This document shows, in pieces, positions 29,063 to 38,989 of a stretch of DNA of 64,000 nucleotides. Source of the DNA: an uncultured Desulfosarcina sp. GTDB lineage: Bacteria > Desulfobacterota > Desulfobacteria > Desulfobacterales > Desulfosarcinaceae. Location of the stretch: the NCBI GenBank assembly GCA_963674945.2, contig CAXXWQ010000003.1, positions 1,760,001-1,824,000 on the forward strand, given 5' to 3'. Positions within the stretch are counted from its first letter, which is position 1. Each line of letters starts with the position of its first letter. The notes under the pieces were generated by a model, which saw nothing but the letters and a program-made list of their open reading frames with translations, did no database searches and was not told where the DNA came from. Both the position numbers and the translations under genes were made by a program.

Positions 29063-29155
29063 CGCTCGGCAACCCTGCCGCCATTTCCGGAGATACCGGA
29101 GGAAGGCCGTTGGCTTTGCGTCACACCCTTTCGGATGCTTTGCCCTTTTCAAGCG
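29063..29155 (-). ncRNA. Cyclic di-GMP-I (GEMM-I) riboswitch
   Basis: Minus strand CGCTTGAAAAGGGCAAAGCATCC-GAAA-GGGTGTGACGCAAAGCCAACGGCCT...ATGGCGGCAGGGTTGCCGAGCG. It has GGCAAA, a GAAA tetraloop, GACGCAAAGC, and P1 CGCTTG/CGAGCG. Confidence 0.93.
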
Positions 29156-29188
29156 TTAAAGATTTCAAAAAACGTCAACCAACTGTTA

Positions 29189-29204
29189 AGCATAATACAT
29201 GCCA
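29189..29204 (-). promoter_or_regulatory. Sigma54 -24/-12 promoter
   Basis: Minus strand TGGCATGTATTATGCT (GG-N10-GC), about 35 nt upstream of the riboswitch P1. Confidence 0.75.
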
Positions 29205-29433
29205 TAATTAGAAAAACTGTCGTACAACCGATGCAAGGCAGAACGCTAAACATATCAGGCAGTTTGGTTAAGTAGCGCTATTGTATCGGATCAATCGGAG
29301 TGATCGGTTCGTTTGCTGGATGCAAAAGTGAAAATGGATTGGTCCCGCGTGTGCATTAAAATGAACAGCTATTGGGGAAGGATTGGTTAAAAAAAACAGA
29401 CAATTCGGCTGAACAAAAAACTTCATGAACTCG

Positions 29434-30708
29434 TTAAAAAGTCGGATCACTCGTCTTGAAATAGATGGTGAAGGTACTTCCCGTTCCGGGTTTGCTTTTT
29501 ACGTCCAGGCGGGCGTCATAGGTCTCCAAGATTCGATAAACGATGGAAAGGCCGAGTCCACTTCCCTTTGCCTTTGTAGTGAAAAAAGGATTGAAAATCG
29601 TCGCCATCGTTTTTTCATCCATGCCGCACCCATTGTCTGCGACTTCGACCCTAACACGATCCCCTTTTCCTTTTTTCACTGAGATCATTATTTTCCCACG
29701 ATTCTCTATGGATTCGACGCTATTCACCAACAGGTTCCAGATCACTTGATGCAGCTGCCATGGATCGATCTCGATGAAAGCGCTGGAATTGACGTCCAAC
29801 GCGATGTCGATGCGTTGACGAACGGCTTCGTCCTTGACGAACAAAGTAACAATCTCGGTCAATGACTTTGCCAAATCCACACAGCTCACCTGCCCGACCG
29901 TGGGCCTGGCGAAAGAGAGAAAATTGTTGACGAGACTGCTCAACCGGTTCGTTTCCCGCAAAACGATGTGCATCAAACGCCCCTCGTCGGAATCCTTTTC
30001 AATTTCTCCGTTTAAAATCTGAACGGCGCCGGAAATGGATGCAAGGGGATTCTTGATTTCGTGGGCCAGCCCCGCAGCCATCTCACCGATCTGTGCCAGG
30101 TTTTGCACCCTGTTCAGATGCGCTTCCATGGCAACCAGTTCCGACTTTGACTTCCGTTCCTGATCGGCGAGATGACCACTTAAAAATGCGACCGAAAAAC
30201 ATGCAACGGATAGGGTCGAACCCTTCTGGAGAATCTGCATCGTGGTGATGGAAGAACCGCCAAGCGTTCCGACAAACGCATATGAAGAAAAAGCGCCATA
30301 TTTTTCCAGAATCAACAGCAAAATAAACTGCAGGCTGCACAAAAATGCCATCCATAGGCTTCCCCGTTTATACACAAACACACTCGAATAAATGATGACA
30401 ACGAGGAAAAGAAAAGGAAAAACACTCGCGTAGCCTCCGGTTACAAGTACAAACAGCGTAGCAAAGAAAGTATCAAGTATGATTTGACCATAAAGGTACA
30501 ATAGCTGGAACCGCTGTGCGACGGAAAGCAGGACACCATAGACCAACGATAGGAGAACGAGTGTGAAGGAAACGGTGTATAAGAAAAAGATGGGTGGGGT
30601 TACCGCGTAGATTTGGTTTCCCATCTGATATAAAATGGTTGAGCCCATCAGCAGCAAAGCAAAAAGCAACCGGATGAGAATCAACCATTTTAGCCTATGG
30701 ACGTTCAT
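29434..30708 (-). CDS. pilS: PilS-like membrane sensor histidine kinase
   Basis: LKWLILIRL N-terminus, about 6 TM with QIILD..VTGG, H-box AAGLAHEIKNPL, FFTTKAKGSGLGL; directly downstream of pilC. Confidence 0.78.
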   Translation of the reverse strand: MNVHRLKWLILIRLLFALLLMGSTILYQMGNQIYAVTPPIFFLYTVSFTLVLLSLVYGVLLSVAQRFQLLYLYGQIILDTFFATLFVLVTGGYASVFPFLFLVVIIYSSVFVYKRGSLWMAFLCSLQFILLLILEKYGAFSSYAFVGTLGGSSITTMQILQKGSTLSVACFSVAFLSGHLADQERKSKSELVAMEAHLNRVQNLAQIGEMAAGLAHEIKNPLASISGAVQILNGEIEKDSDEGRLMHIVLRETNRLSSLVNNFLSFARPTVGQVSCVDLAKSLTEIVTLFVKDEAVRQRIDIALDVNSSAFIEIDPWQLHQVIWNLLVNSVESIENRGKIMISVKKGKGDRVRVEVADNGCGMDEKTMATIFNPFFTTKAKGSGLGLSIVYRILETYDARLDVKSKPGTGSTFTIYFKTSDPTF

Positions 30709-30763
30709 CTCTTCCCTGGCAGATTCCGGGAGTTACAATTTCAAATTCATACTTTCATTTCGA

Positions 30764-31969
30764 TTAGAGATTTCCAGCCATCGTGAAAATCGGAAGATAC
30801 ATGGCAATGACGAGTCCGCCGATGACCACCCCCAAAAACATCATCATGAAAGGCTCGATAAGCGTCGTCAAGTTTTCCACGGCCTGATCCACTTCCTCCT
30901 CATAAAAATCGGCGATCTTTTGCAGCATGGCGTCCAACGCACCGGTAGATTCACCAACGGAAATCATCTGGCACACCATTGCCGGAAAAACGCCCGTTTC
31001 CATCAGCGGATCCGCCATCGTTCGCCCTTCGGCAATTCCGCTTCTTACCGTGTAGATGGACCGTTCCACGATTTTGTTCCCAGATGTTTTCGCCACGATA
31101 TCCAATGCTTCCAAGATGGCCACCCCACTGGCCAGCATGGTTCCCATGGTTTGGGTAAAATTGGCAACGGACACCTTGCGGACCAAAATCCCGAAAACCG
31201 GCAACTTGAGAATGGTTGCATCGACGGTAAGACGTCCTTTTTCCGTACTATAATACTTCTTAAAGGCAAACACGAAAAGGATGAGGCCAATGATGACCCA
31301 ATGAATATTGCCTTTCGCGAAATCACTCATCGCGACAACGATTTGCGTCGGCGCCGGCAGGGAACCTCCCATATCTGCAAACATCTCTTGGAATACGGGG
31401 ATGACAAAAACCAGTATAACACCGACACAGAGTCCTGCGATGGCCAAGGTTACGGCCGGGTAAGTCATGGCCCCTTTGACCTGACTTTTCAGTTTGCTTG
31501 CTTTCTCCATATGGGCGGACAGCCTTCTTAAAATCGCGTCCAGGATACCGCCCGCCTCGCCGGCAGCAACCATGTTTACGAAAAGATCATCGAAATGTTT
31601 CGGGTACTTTTTCAATGCATCCGCCAGGGTCGATCCGCTCTCCACCTGCTCTTTTATGGTCTTGAGCATCTTTTTGAAGGTCGCATTTTCCTGTTGCGCA
31701 TGCAAGATATCCATGCATTGAATGATGGGCAGACCCGCATCGATCATCGTGGAAAACTGCCTGTTAAAAAGGATGATATCTTTTTGTGTCACCTTTGGCT
31801 GAAGAAATGATACGTTTTCAAAAAGATCTTTCGGTTTTTTCTTGACCTTGGTCGGTATAATACGGAGCCGGTTGAGATTGGCGCGCACCACATCTTCACT
31901 GGATGCTTCCATCTCCCCTTTCTGAACAATGTTATTCCGGTTCTTCCCTTCCCATATATAGATCGGCAT
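30764..31969 (-). CDS. pilC: Type IV pilus inner-membrane platform protein
   Basis: RQFSTMIDAGLP, AGEAGGILD, AMTYP, GESTGALD, LIEP, AMYLPIF. Confidence 0.93.
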   Translation of the reverse strand: MPIYIWEGKNRNNIVQKGEMEASSEDVVRANLNRLRIIPTKVKKKPKDLFENVSFLQPKVTQKDIILFNRQFSTMIDAGLPIIQCMDILHAQQENATFKKMLKTIKEQVESGSTLADALKKYPKHFDDLFVNMVAAGEAGGILDAILRRLSAHMEKASKLKSQVKGAMTYPAVTLAIAGLCVGVILVFVIPVFQEMFADMGGSLPAPTQIVVAMSDFAKGNIHWVIIGLILFVFAFKKYYSTEKGRLTVDATILKLPVFGILVRKVSVANFTQTMGTMLASGVAILEALDIVAKTSGNKIVERSIYTVRSGIAEGRTMADPLMETGVFPAMVCQMISVGESTGALDAMLQKIADFYEEEVDQAVENLTTLIEPFMMMFLGVVIGGLVIAMYLPIFTMAGNL

Positions 31970-32228
31970 GAAATCCCCCTTGAGCCGTAAGTCGATAAGT
32001 ACCGTAGATGGCTGTGCAGTATCTCCGTTTTCACCGTAACGGATTTATATTTGACAATTTCGGCACATATAAGAAAATCTGAAATAATTTTCACGGAATC
32101 ATTAATGAACCGCACCAGCTTTTCTTGCAATATTGAAACCAACATCATAGTATCCAATTTCATATTCTGTCGTTTTATGGAGCACACATCCGCAGTCCAT
32201 CGTTGCACGGGAGCAAATTCACAGAAAA

Positions 32229-34907
32229 ATGAAAGATAAAAAAAAAGAACCCCTTACCATTATTACCAGCCATGTAAATTCAGACTTTGATGCCATGGCG
32301 TCCATGCTTGCCGCTCAGAAGCTTTACCCCAATTCCCAGGTGGTATTTCCCGGCTCCCAGGAAAAGAACCTGAAAAATTTTTTTATTCAGTCCATGGTTT
32401 ACCTCTATAATATCGTCGAACCGGGGGAAATCGATCATTTGACCGTGGATCGACTGGTGCTCGTGGACACAAAACGCCGAAACCGTATCGGTGATCTGAG
32501 TCGCCTTTTGGAAGACCCCGATTTGGAAATCCACATTTACGACCATCATCCGAAAAAAGAGGACGACATCCAGGCGGATAAAGAATATCATATGCTCACA
32601 GGCGCTACGGTAACAATCCTGACGAAAATCCTCCGAAAAAAAAGGATCCCCATTACACCGGAAGAGGCCACGATCATGTGCCTTGGCATCTATGAGGACA
32701 CCGGCTCCTTTTCTTTTCCGTCCACGACCGAACATGACTTTATGGCCGCTGCCTACCTTCTGTCAAAAGGTGCCAATCTGAATGTGATCGCCAGCATGAT
32801 CGCAAGGGAGTTCAGCCCTGAACAGATCAGCCTTCTAAACGACATGATTGAAGCTTCTCGGCGCTATACCATCAACGGCATCGATCTGGCCATCACCGGC
32901 GTGGCAACGGACAACTACTTTCCCGACTTTTCCTTTCTGGTGCAGAAGATGGCAAAAATGGAGAACATCGATGCGCTCTTTGCATTGGCATTGATGGAAA
33001 ACAAGGTGTACGTGATTGCCAGAAGCCGAACGGACGATGTGGACGTGGGAGACGTGCTGGACGCTTTGGGAGGAGGAGGTCATCCCTCGGCGGCGGCGGC
33101 CACCGTGAGGGGAAAAACCATTGCACAAACAGAACAGATGCTGATCAAAGCCCTGTACGCAAAAATCAACCCCAGGCGTCAGGCTCGGCATTTGATGTCG
33201 TCACCGGCGATCATGATCTCAGAAGAGACCACGTTCGAAAAGGCAAAAGAGCTTTTACATCGGTACAATGTAAATGCACTACTCGTTAAAAATGACGATA
33301 CGGCAGGGTCCAGCGTCACCGGCTACATAACACGTCAGGTCATTGAAAAGGCATTGTTCCACGACCTGCACGAAATCGAGGTCCGTGAATACATGAGTTC
33401 CGAACTCTCCCATGTTCGCCCGGATGCTGATATTGTCGAAATTCAGGACAAAATCATCGAAAACAAACAACGGATCCTGCCGGTGATTGAAAACAATCGT
33501 GTGCTGGGTGTAATTACGCGCACCGACCTGCTTACCATACTGGTGCAGCAACAAAGGCCGGCGAACGATGCGTCACCGACGCTCGAAGGCAAGTCTTTCA
33601 CCAAACGCTCACGCAACATATTGAATTTAATGAAAGAACGACTCTCCCACAACATCATGGGAACCCTCGCCCAATTGGGAGAGACCGCAAGCCATTTGGG
33701 CTGCAATGCATATGTTGTGGGAGGCTTTGTCCGGGATCTTTTTTTGTACCGGAACAATGAAGATATCGATGTGGTCATCGAAGGCAGTGGGATTGAATTT
33801 GCGAAAAAATTCGCACGATTACGTGACGCGAGGGTTCACACACATCAGAAATTCGGAACAGCCGTCATTATTTTCCCCGACGGTTTCAAAATCGATGTGG
33901 CATCGGCCCGAATGGAATATTATCAGTTTCCCGCGTCACTTCCCGTGGTCGAAATGAGTTCCATTAAGATGGACATGTATCGCAGGGATTTCACGATCAA
34001 CACCTTGGCCGTTCAACTCAATCCGGGAAAATTAGGACGATTGATCGATTTTTTCTCCGGACAGAAGGATCTGAAAGATAAAGTCTTACGGGTACTTCAC
34101 AACTTGAGTTTCGTGGAAGACCCGACCAGGGTCTTCCGTGCCCTTCGTTTCGAACAGCGATTCGGATTCACGATCGGCAAACTCACCTCCAGCCTGATTG
34201 ACAATGCCGTGAGAATGGATTTCTTTGCGCGTCTGGCCGGAAAACGGATTTTCACCGAGCTCAAATTGATCCTCAAGGAAGAAAATCCTGTACCCATCCT
34301 GCTGAGACTGAAAAGCTATAACCTTCTGACGGTCATACACCCGGAAATTAAAATCGAAGGAGACTTTATCAATTTACTGGATACCGCGAAAAAGGTAACC
34401 AACTGGCATGATCTGCTTTTTTTCGATCAGACATACGAACGGTGGGTGGTCTACTTTATGACGATAATCCGCCATTGCAATCTCGAGACGACGCGGAAAA
34501 TGTGTGAACATCTGAATATAGCGCCGAAATATGAATCGATGTTCGCAGAGACGCGTTGCAGTGTAGAGAGACCGCTGATGCAATTGGAAAAGGACGCCCC
34601 CATGACCAATGCCCAGGTGTACAACACCCTCAAAGTCTATCAGACGGAAATAATCCTTTACATGATGATCTGTACGACATCGAAAAGAGCGAAAAAACGG
34701 ATTTCCAACTATCATACACAAATGCGCAACGTGACCATCTCCATCAGCGGCAAAGATCTTATGTCAATGGGTCTTCCCCCCGGACCCGTCTATGGCAAAA
34801 TACTCCAGGCGACTTTGGAGGCGAAACTAAACGGAAAAGTCAAAACACGGGAAGATGAGTTTGCTTTTGCGACACAATTTATCAAAGAGGCTCGGAAAAG
34901 AGAATAA
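32229..34907 (+). CDS. tRNA nucleotidyltransferase with DHH/DHHA1 and CBS domains (probably A-adding type)
   Basis: SHVNSDFDA, DHH, GGGGH, CBS pair, VGGFVRD, DIDVV, RRDFTIN, EDPTR. Confidence 0.9.
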   Translation: MKDKKKEPLTIITSHVNSDFDAMASMLAAQKLYPNSQVVFPGSQEKNLKNFFIQSMVYLYNIVEPGEIDHLTVDRLVLVDTKRRNRIGDLSRLLEDPDLEIHIYDHHPKKEDDIQADKEYHMLTGATVTILTKILRKKRIPITPEEATIMCLGIYEDTGSFSFPSTTEHDFMAAAYLLSKGANLNVIASMIAREFSPEQISLLNDMIEASRRYTINGIDLAITGVATDNYFPDFSFLVQKMAKMENIDALFALALMENKVYVIARSRTDDVDVGDVLDALGGGGHPSAAAATVRGKTIAQTEQMLIKALYAKINPRRQARHLMSSPAIMISEETTFEKAKELLHRYNVNALLVKNDDTAGSSVTGYITRQVIEKALFHDLHEIEVREYMSSELSHVRPDADIVEIQDKIIENKQRILPVIENNRVLGVITRTDLLTILVQQQRPANDASPTLEGKSFTKRSRNILNLMKERLSHNIMGTLAQLGETASHLGCNAYVVGGFVRDLFLYRNNEDIDVVIEGSGIEFAKKFARLRDARVHTHQKFGTAVIIFPDGFKIDVASARMEYYQFPASLPVVEMSSIKMDMYRRDFTINTLAVQLNPGKLGRLIDFFSGQKDLKDKVLRVLHNLSFVEDPTRVFRALRFEQRFGFTIGKLTSSLIDNAVRMDFFARLAGKRIFTELKLILKEENPVPILLRLKSYNLLTVIHPEIKIEGDFINLLDTAKKVTNWHDLLFFDQTYERWVVYFMTIIRHCNLETTRKMCEHLNIAPKYESMFAETRCSVERPLMQLEKDAPMTNAQVYNTLKVYQTEIILYMMICTTSKRAKKRISNYHTQMRNVTISISGKDLMSMGLPPGPVYGKILQATLEAKLNGKVKTREDEFAFATQFIKEARKRE

Positions 34908-35115
34908 TTCCAACCGAATCATGAAGATTTTCAATGCCATGGCCCTTTCCAAAACCGTAAGCTGCAAAATGGGTCCAGGTGAGGTCACACAGATTGACAA
35001 AAGGGACTTCGAGATAATATGGTTGCCGCAAAAACATCAACTCCGATTATCGAGGCAACCTAGAATAGGCCCTGGTATGCATCCATATCTTAAATGAAAG
35101 CATGATAATAAAAAG

Positions 35116-35931
35116 ATGGACAGAAAGACAATCGAGGAAAAGGACAAACATCTCTTAAAAACGATACGAAGGATCGTTCGAACCAACCAGGGAAAGAAAA
35201 AGATCGCCAAACCCTTTTGGCAGATCCCCATTTTCTGGATGGCGGTCTTTTTTTTCGTAATCATAGGAATCGGTCTGACTGCTTTCAGGCAAAATCCGAT
35301 AACGATGGCTTCCAAAGATGAATCGTGCCCATCGGATATCTGTGTCCAGGAAGCGCCCTCCTCCACCGATAGAGTTTCTGCCAAACAATCTGATGCCACG
35401 GGTGTCGGATTCCAAACCCAGTTTGCCCGGAAAACGGAAAAAGAAGAGAACGTCGCAGCAGCACCACAAGATGAGGCGGTCGAGAATCCGCCCTCGCCCG
35501 TCAGGCCCGAAAAGGAACCGGCGACACCGCGAATAAGAAAAAAAACTGATACGGACACCCCGATACAAGCAGGGCAGCTTGCGACCACCCCACAATCTTA
35601 CGCCATTCGAATTAGAAAGATTGTAATCTGCACGGACGTTCATGAAAAGCAATACCTCCTGGAGAAATCCACTTTCTCATTGGCAGAAAAGGTGAAACCA
35701 ACGGTCTGGATGTCGGTACGGTCCGACACCCAACCCTTTACACTGATCCACGCCTATTTTCTCAACGATCAACCATATTGTGAAGTTCCCCTGGAAATAC
35801 GGTATCCACGAATGCGAACATGGAGCAATGTGACGCTATCCGACGAAAAACATTTGGGCCATTGGCGCGTCGAAGTGCTCACCGAGGATGGAGACCGGCT
35901 CACCCAGGTTGAATTTTCGGTTGTGCCGTAA
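35116..35931 (+). CDS. Membrane-anchored DUF2914-like protein
   Basis: TM helix, low-complexity linker, C-terminal RTWS...GHWRVEV...F-x-V domain. Confidence 0.7.
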   Translation: MDRKTIEEKDKHLLKTIRRIVRTNQGKKKIAKPFWQIPIFWMAVFFFVIIGIGLTAFRQNPITMASKDESCPSDICVQEAPSSTDRVSAKQSDATGVGFQTQFARKTEKEENVAAAPQDEAVENPPSPVRPEKEPATPRIRKKTDTDTPIQAGQLATTPQSYAIRIRKIVICTDVHEKQYLLEKSTFSLAEKVKPTVWMSVRSDTQPFTLIHAYFLNDQPYCEVPLEIRYPRMRTWSNVTLSDEKHLGHWRVEVLTEDGDRLTQVEFSVVP

Positions 35932-35990
35932 AAAAATGGGCCAATTGAAGATACTACATACCCAATTTGGACAACATCTTCATTATTGCG

Positions 35991-36245
35991 CTATCTTGAA
36001 GTGCCTTTCACGGCCCGTTTAAGGGCACCGGTAATTTTTTTCGCAGGCCAGGCCGAAACGGACCAGCCGATGGCCATAATCATGAGCCATACCATTGCCT
36101 CGCCTCCATGGCTCAGTCCACGCCCCTTGGTGACCATGGGGCCGAAAAAGACGGCGCAGACAAAACCGACGGCAATTCGCCAGGTGTCATCGGAAAGGAG
36201 TAGGTAGAAAAATAGATACGTCGGTGAAAGGCTGGATCTTCGCAT
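35991..36245 (-). CDS. Small membrane protein, hypothetical
   Basis: AGGAG SD before the ATG at 36245; two hydrophobic helices. Confidence 0.6.
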   Translation of the reverse strand: MRRSSLSPTYLFFYLLLSDDTWRIAVGFVCAVFFGPMVTKGRGLSHGGEAMVWLMIMAIGWSVSAWPAKKITGALKRAVKGTSR

Positions 36246-36469
36246 AACGACTCCTGAAGAAACAAAATGAGTGGCAATAAACATTGCCCAACGTCAAATT
36301 GGGTAATATAGTTCAGATACGATGAATGAAAATTCGTACTGAACATATCCGATTCATGTGTAAAGATGGCATCTTTCTGAAAAAGCAAGATATAAGACAA
36401 ACCGTTCCTTGTTGAACGGGAAATAGGTAATGGGTTTTCCAAACCGAGTCAAGCTTCCGGATTGTTGCC

Positions 36470-38180
36470 CAGTAATTCTGTGTGAACAGTCATTTGATCA
36501 GGTTCGTAGGTTTTTCAGGTTGTGACTTATCATTATTTAGGCGGTTTTGGGATAGCTTTCCAACAAATTGGTACTATCTCAGAGTTATAGCGGTAGTCCA
36601 TTTACCAAAAGGCAACAGGTCGGCATTATCCGCCTAAGTTTGGGGATCAGTGGTGGGTAACCGTGGTGACAAATGGGCGAACAGATGGCTACGGTGCTCG
36701 GATTTCGGGTGGGTCGGCCACATTGCGCAAAAGATGTTCGAAGTCACGAAAGAGCATCAACCGGATACCAGTACGCAGGTTGTTCCAATACTCTTTTCGG
36801 GAACTGAATTTAGACCGGCAATACTGATAACCACGATCACACAGTTCCAGGATTTGATGGATGAAGAAAGCCAACAGGTTCAGAATAAAAAAGGTGTTCG
36901 ACAAATAACGTTGGCCGTGACCGAAGTTGTGTTCGATATGGTAGCCTTGATTCTTCAAAGTGTTGAACGTTTCGTTTTCGATTTTCCAGCGCGCCCGACC
37001 GGCGCGTACCAATTCGACGACATTGGCCTTGCTCACCTTACGGTCGGTGACCCAGCTGTTGTGGTAGGTGGCCTTTTGCCCCACGTGCAGCCAATACTCG
37101 AAAAAGTTCACCGGATCGGCATTGCGGCTACCGTTGAGAGGCACCTGGTTAACCCAACGATAAACGTGGCGGCGCCCTTTATCGTCGGTGAATTGTAGGT
37201 GACCGCATTGTCCGAGCCCATCGATTTCGTCAACCCACTGGAACAGCAACTTGTGATCGGTGGGTTTGGCCACCAGGATAAAGGACATGCGGGCATCTTT
37301 CAACACATCGATAAAGGGCTGTTTGGAGTATAGCCCATCGGCGGTAATGATCATCTTCAGTTTTGGGTGAGTACGGCGGATTTTGTCGACGATCCGTTTT
37401 CCCGCATTGATCTCGCAATCCTGCTTGGTGGTGCCGTCGGTATTGGCAACGGGCTCCGGGGCCAGGGGCAAAACCTGGCGCATGTACGGGTTGAGCATAA
37501 CGGCCTGTAAGATCTGATGTGAGTAACGGGTCGATCCTTTTGCGCCTTTATGAGTCAGGCAACTGGGACAGTGAATCTTTTCGGAAGAAAAATACTGTGA
37601 GCCGTCCAATGCAATCAAATGGTGCCCGCTTTCCAACTTGTAGGCATCCAGGTACTTGCCCCGCTGCAAGCATTGTAGCAAAAAGGGAAATGCCGGATGA
37701 ATCGCTTCGGTTGGAATATTATCCAACGTCTGGCGCAAAGCACTGTCGCTGGGGATGTCTTTAACCGCAAACATGGCTTTCAGATTACTGTCTTGCATGC
37801 GATCGTGCATGCGCCGCTGAAAAGAGAGAACGGAAGGGTCTTGAAAAAACATCATCGCCAGGGCACTCATCAAACAGTCATGCAGCGAATAGTCGACCTT
37901 GCCCTTTTGCCGGGGATCATCGATCTTTTCGAAAATCGCCGAAAGGGCTTTTCTCATCGTGCTGAAGCTCAGATGTTTTTTGATGTGCATGCCGTCCTCA
38001 TAGCCATGTATAACCTACTGTTATCTATAGCAATAAAAACGGCACGCGTCTAGATTTAATATCTCTAATTATAACAAGTTGTTACGTATTTTGCGGGGGT
38101 TTGGCTTCGCGAAATTTTATTTTCGATACGCTAGCAAACACACAAAAACTGGGATGAACCCCGTTCAGCCAAAACTGCTG
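36470..38180 (-). mobile_element. Insertion sequence, second 1711 bp copy, inverted
   Basis: Same ends as copy 1; 9 bp TSD ATTGTTGCC at 36461-36469 and 38181-38189; the ORF track translations inside the element match copy 1. Confidence 0.93.
36689..37990 (-). CDS. DDE transposase (identical protein to 13473-14774)
   Basis: Identical 433 aa translation. Confidence 0.93.
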   Translation of the reverse strand: MHIKKHLSFSTMRKALSAIFEKIDDPRQKGKVDYSLHDCLMSALAMMFFQDPSVLSFQRRMHDRMQDSNLKAMFAVKDIPSDSALRQTLDNIPTEAIHPAFPFLLQCLQRGKYLDAYKLESGHHLIALDGSQYFSSEKIHCPSCLTHKGAKGSTRYSHQILQAVMLNPYMRQVLPLAPEPVANTDGTTKQDCEINAGKRIVDKIRRTHPKLKMIITADGLYSKQPFIDVLKDARMSFILVAKPTDHKLLFQWVDEIDGLGQCGHLQFTDDKGRRHVYRWVNQVPLNGSRNADPVNFFEYWLHVGQKATYHNSWVTDRKVSKANVVELVRAGRARWKIENETFNTLKNQGYHIEHNFGHGQRYLSNTFFILNLLAFFIHQILELCDRGYQYCRSKFSSRKEYWNNLRTGIRLMLFRDFEHLLRNVADPPEIRAP

Positions 38181-38236
38181 ATTGTTGCCGACGTTTCTAT
38201 TTCCGATTGGGCAAACCTTTTTAAAATTACCAAACG

Positions 38237-38863
38237 GTGGCAACCATGGATATCAACACCTGTTTTACGCTTCTGGATTTAGATCCGAATGCGACGATGA
38301 CGGAGGCGAAACTCGCATACAAAGCCCAGGTCCGTCGCTGGCATCCCGATCAGTTTCCCGCAGGTTCCGTCACGCAAATGGGGGCACAAGAGCAATTAAA
38401 ACGGATAAACATTGCCTACGACCGCATCAAGGCTCACATAACGAGCCGTCCACATCGCCCAACGGCTCCACAGAAACAGTCTTCCTCCCGGAATCGGGGC
38501 AGCGCAACCGGATCCCAGGACCAGCGAGCCCATTCGCGAGAAACAAAAAAACGTGGTTGGATCGATACCCTGTTCGACATGCTCAACACTTTTTCCGAAA
38601 ATCATACCGCCTCTTCCACCCCGTCAACGCAGGAAAAAGCGAACAGAAAAAAGCGGAAACGCTTCGACCAGATCCTCGGCGAAATGACCGGTGACACCAT
38701 CTCAAAAGATGCGCGTTCCGGCAAGAACGCGTTCGTCAGAAGTCCCATGCCAAATCGACACAGGAAAGGCCGTGGCAGCACCATTGGATCTGTGGAGGGG
38801 ATAAAAAGTCCAGACCCCATAAGGCCGATCGGCCGGGTCAGGGGAATCGGAAGAAGCCGATAG
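38237..38863 (+). CDS. J-domain (DnaJ-like) protein
   Basis: AKLAYK...WHPD...INIAY J-domain followed by a basic low-complexity tail. The start may be ATG 38246. Confidence 0.85.
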   Translation: MATMDINTCFTLLDLDPNATMTEAKLAYKAQVRRWHPDQFPAGSVTQMGAQEQLKRINIAYDRIKAHITSRPHRPTAPQKQSSSRNRGSATGSQDQRAHSRETKKRGWIDTLFDMLNTFSENHTASSTPSTQEKANRKKRKRFDQILGEMTGDTISKDARSGKNAFVRSPMPNRHRKGRGSTIGSVEGIKSPDPIRPIGRVRGIGRSR

Positions 38864-38869
38864 CCTATG

Positions 38870-38989
38870 GACGGTTTCGTAAAACGCTTTTCCCTCGTTT
38901 CCGTCTATCTGCAAAGAAAATAATAACGAGTTACTTGCATGCGATTGTTTGGCCATAGTTGGCCTGGAAAAACGTTTTATGAAACCGTC
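38870..38989. repeat. MITE-like element, family B termini
   Basis: IR GACGGTTTCGTAAAACGCTTTTCC / GGAAAAACGTTTTATGAAACCGTC (22/24), related to the ends at 54680 and 62435. Confidence 0.75.

Noticed and set aside
29063..29155. cGAMP-selective GEMM-Ib riboswitch
   Set aside because: The discriminating position is G, not A.
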